Of a stretch of 64,000 nt of DNA, positions 63,076 to 64,000 are shown in pieces (the stretch's first letter is position 1; every line of letters begins with the position of its first letter). The position numbers and the translations under genes were made by a program. Below the pieces are notes generated by a model, which was not told where the DNA came from, made no database searches, and saw nothing but the letters and a program-made list of their open reading frames with translations. The stretch comes from a virus (taxonomy: Duplodnaviria; Caudoviricetes), in the IMG/VR virus record IMGVR_UViG_3300017700_000409, positions 1 through 64,000 of that record; one strand, given 5' to 3'.

Positions 63076-63726
63076 ATGGCCAAACCCGCACGGAAGCCAA
63101 AGCCCAAGACCAAAGCTAAAGCGAAGGCGACAAAGAAGCCAGACGGCCCGAAGATCAAAAACAACTTCGTGTCCAGACGCCACCATGCCGCGTCATTAGG
63201 CAAGCGTCCCCCGGTCGAGGGTGCTGAGCTTATCCTTCCTAAAGCCAAGGCTGGGCGCCCTTCTCTCTACAAACCTGAAATTTATTGGCCTATCCTTGAG
63301 CGCATCTCGGCAGGTGAAAGTCTCATCCGCATTTGCGCGGAAGAAGGCCAGCCTGATGCGAATACAGTAAATGGCTGGGTTACTCGATATCCAGAGTTCA
63401 AAGAGAAATACAAAGAAGCTCTGGCCCTTCGCACCCATCACTGGGCTGAACAGCTTGTCGAGATTGCCGACACTCCTGAGATAATGGAGAAGGTGATCAC
63501 GAAGACGGGCGGCAAGGAAGGCGACACCGAACAGGTCATCAGTGGCGATGCTGTTGAGCACCGCAAGCTCCGGATCGAAACCCGGTTGAAGATGATGGCG
63601 CGCCACAATCGCGCGGAGTATGGGGAGAAGGTTGAGACTTCTGGCACAATGGAACATAACCACACCATCAAGGTTATCCGGATGCATGCTGTGAAGCCGA
63701 AGCCTTGGATTGAACATGAGGGATGA
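63076..63726 (+). CDS. terS: Terminase small subunit
   Basis: GRPSLY, I..GESL..IC...P...TV..W, F...Y..A, IAD, TR...MA.....YG.K. Confidence 0.85.
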   Translation: MAKPARKPKPKTKAKAKATKKPDGPKIKNNFVSRRHHAASLGKRPPVEGAELILPKAKAGRPSLYKPEIYWPILERISAGESLIRICAEEGQPDANTVNGWVTRYPEFKEKYKEALALRTHHWAEQLVEIADTPEIMEKVITKTGGKEGDTEQVISGDAVEHRKLRIETRLKMMARHNRAEYGEKVETSGTMEHNHTIKVIRMHAVKPKPWIEHEG

Positions 63727-64000
63727 GAAAGCAGAAGCCGAAATCTCTGATAAGGAAGCGTTGGATTGGGATTACGCTGAAGCATTCAAACCGCTGATTG
63801 ATCCGAGACGCTACAAAGGCGCGCGAGGTGGGCGTGGTTCTGGTAAGTCTCACTTCGTTGCTGAGCGTCTTGTGCTTGACTGTATTGAAGAGCACCACCG
63901 CGTTGCTTGTATGCGCGAGTTTCAATCTTCAATATCTGAGTCAGCGAAAAGAACCATTGAAGATAAGATTGCGAAGTTCAAGCTAAGTAAGCTCTTCAAG
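63716..64000 (+). CDS. terL: Terminase large subunit (PBSX-like), 5' part
   Basis: RYKGARGGRGSGKSH Walker A; C.REFQ.SI.ES; runs off the window. Confidence 0.9.
   Translation, partial: MRDEKAEAEISDKEALDWDYAEAFKPLIDPRRYKGARGGRGSGKSHFVAERLVLDCIEEHHRVACMREFQSSISESAKRTIEDKIAKFKLSKLFK

Noticed and set aside
1-64000. Integrase/repressor lysogeny module, or host chromosomal genes
   Set aside because: No tyrosine or serine recombinase motifs; dnaE, the SDR and the NusG-like gene sit in phage operons, so I treat them as phage-borne. The unseen part of the genome could still carry such genes.
1-64000. CTAG seems frequent for a proteobacterial phage, which might hint at modified DNA
   Set aside because: Impression only; needs an observed/expected tetranucleotide count I cannot run

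Overview
The window is nearly a whole tailed-phage genome with a contractile (myovirus-type) tail. It starts inside the head module and ends inside terL, so the portal, protease and remaining head genes lie outside it. There are two arms. The plus-strand late arm runs from a NusG-like antiterminator, terS and terL (62384-64000) and presumably continues through the missing genes into the capsid, neck, sheath, tube, tape measure, Mu/Bcep781-type baseplate, fibres and lysis/envelope genes (1-23046). The minus-strand early/middle arm (61838 down to 23465) encodes an AEP primase, UvrD and SNF2 helicases, a DnaE (family C) polymerase, a DnaQ-like exonuclease, an SSB-like protein, dCMP deaminase and many small ORFs. 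The arms diverge from an AT-rich repeat region (61840-62380) and converge at a hairpin-rich region (23050-23410). I saw no integrase, tRNA or CRISPR array. Spanins indicate a Gram-negative host; an alphaproteobacterial host is only an inference. The strongest candidate for an undescribed system is an operon next to dnaE: a FAD oxidoreductase, a ThyX with a rewired active site, a HAD phosphatase, an SDR, a VOC-like protein and two all-alpha NTP-pyrophosphatase-like proteins. I infer it makes a non-canonical pyrimidine nucleotide. Other leads are a ~500-nt structured minus-strand RNA with a 13-codon leader ORF, two fibre-like genes carrying Sec signal peptides, and a ~60-aa module found six times in three tail proteins. 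All family calls are by-eye motif recognition; no database searches were run.
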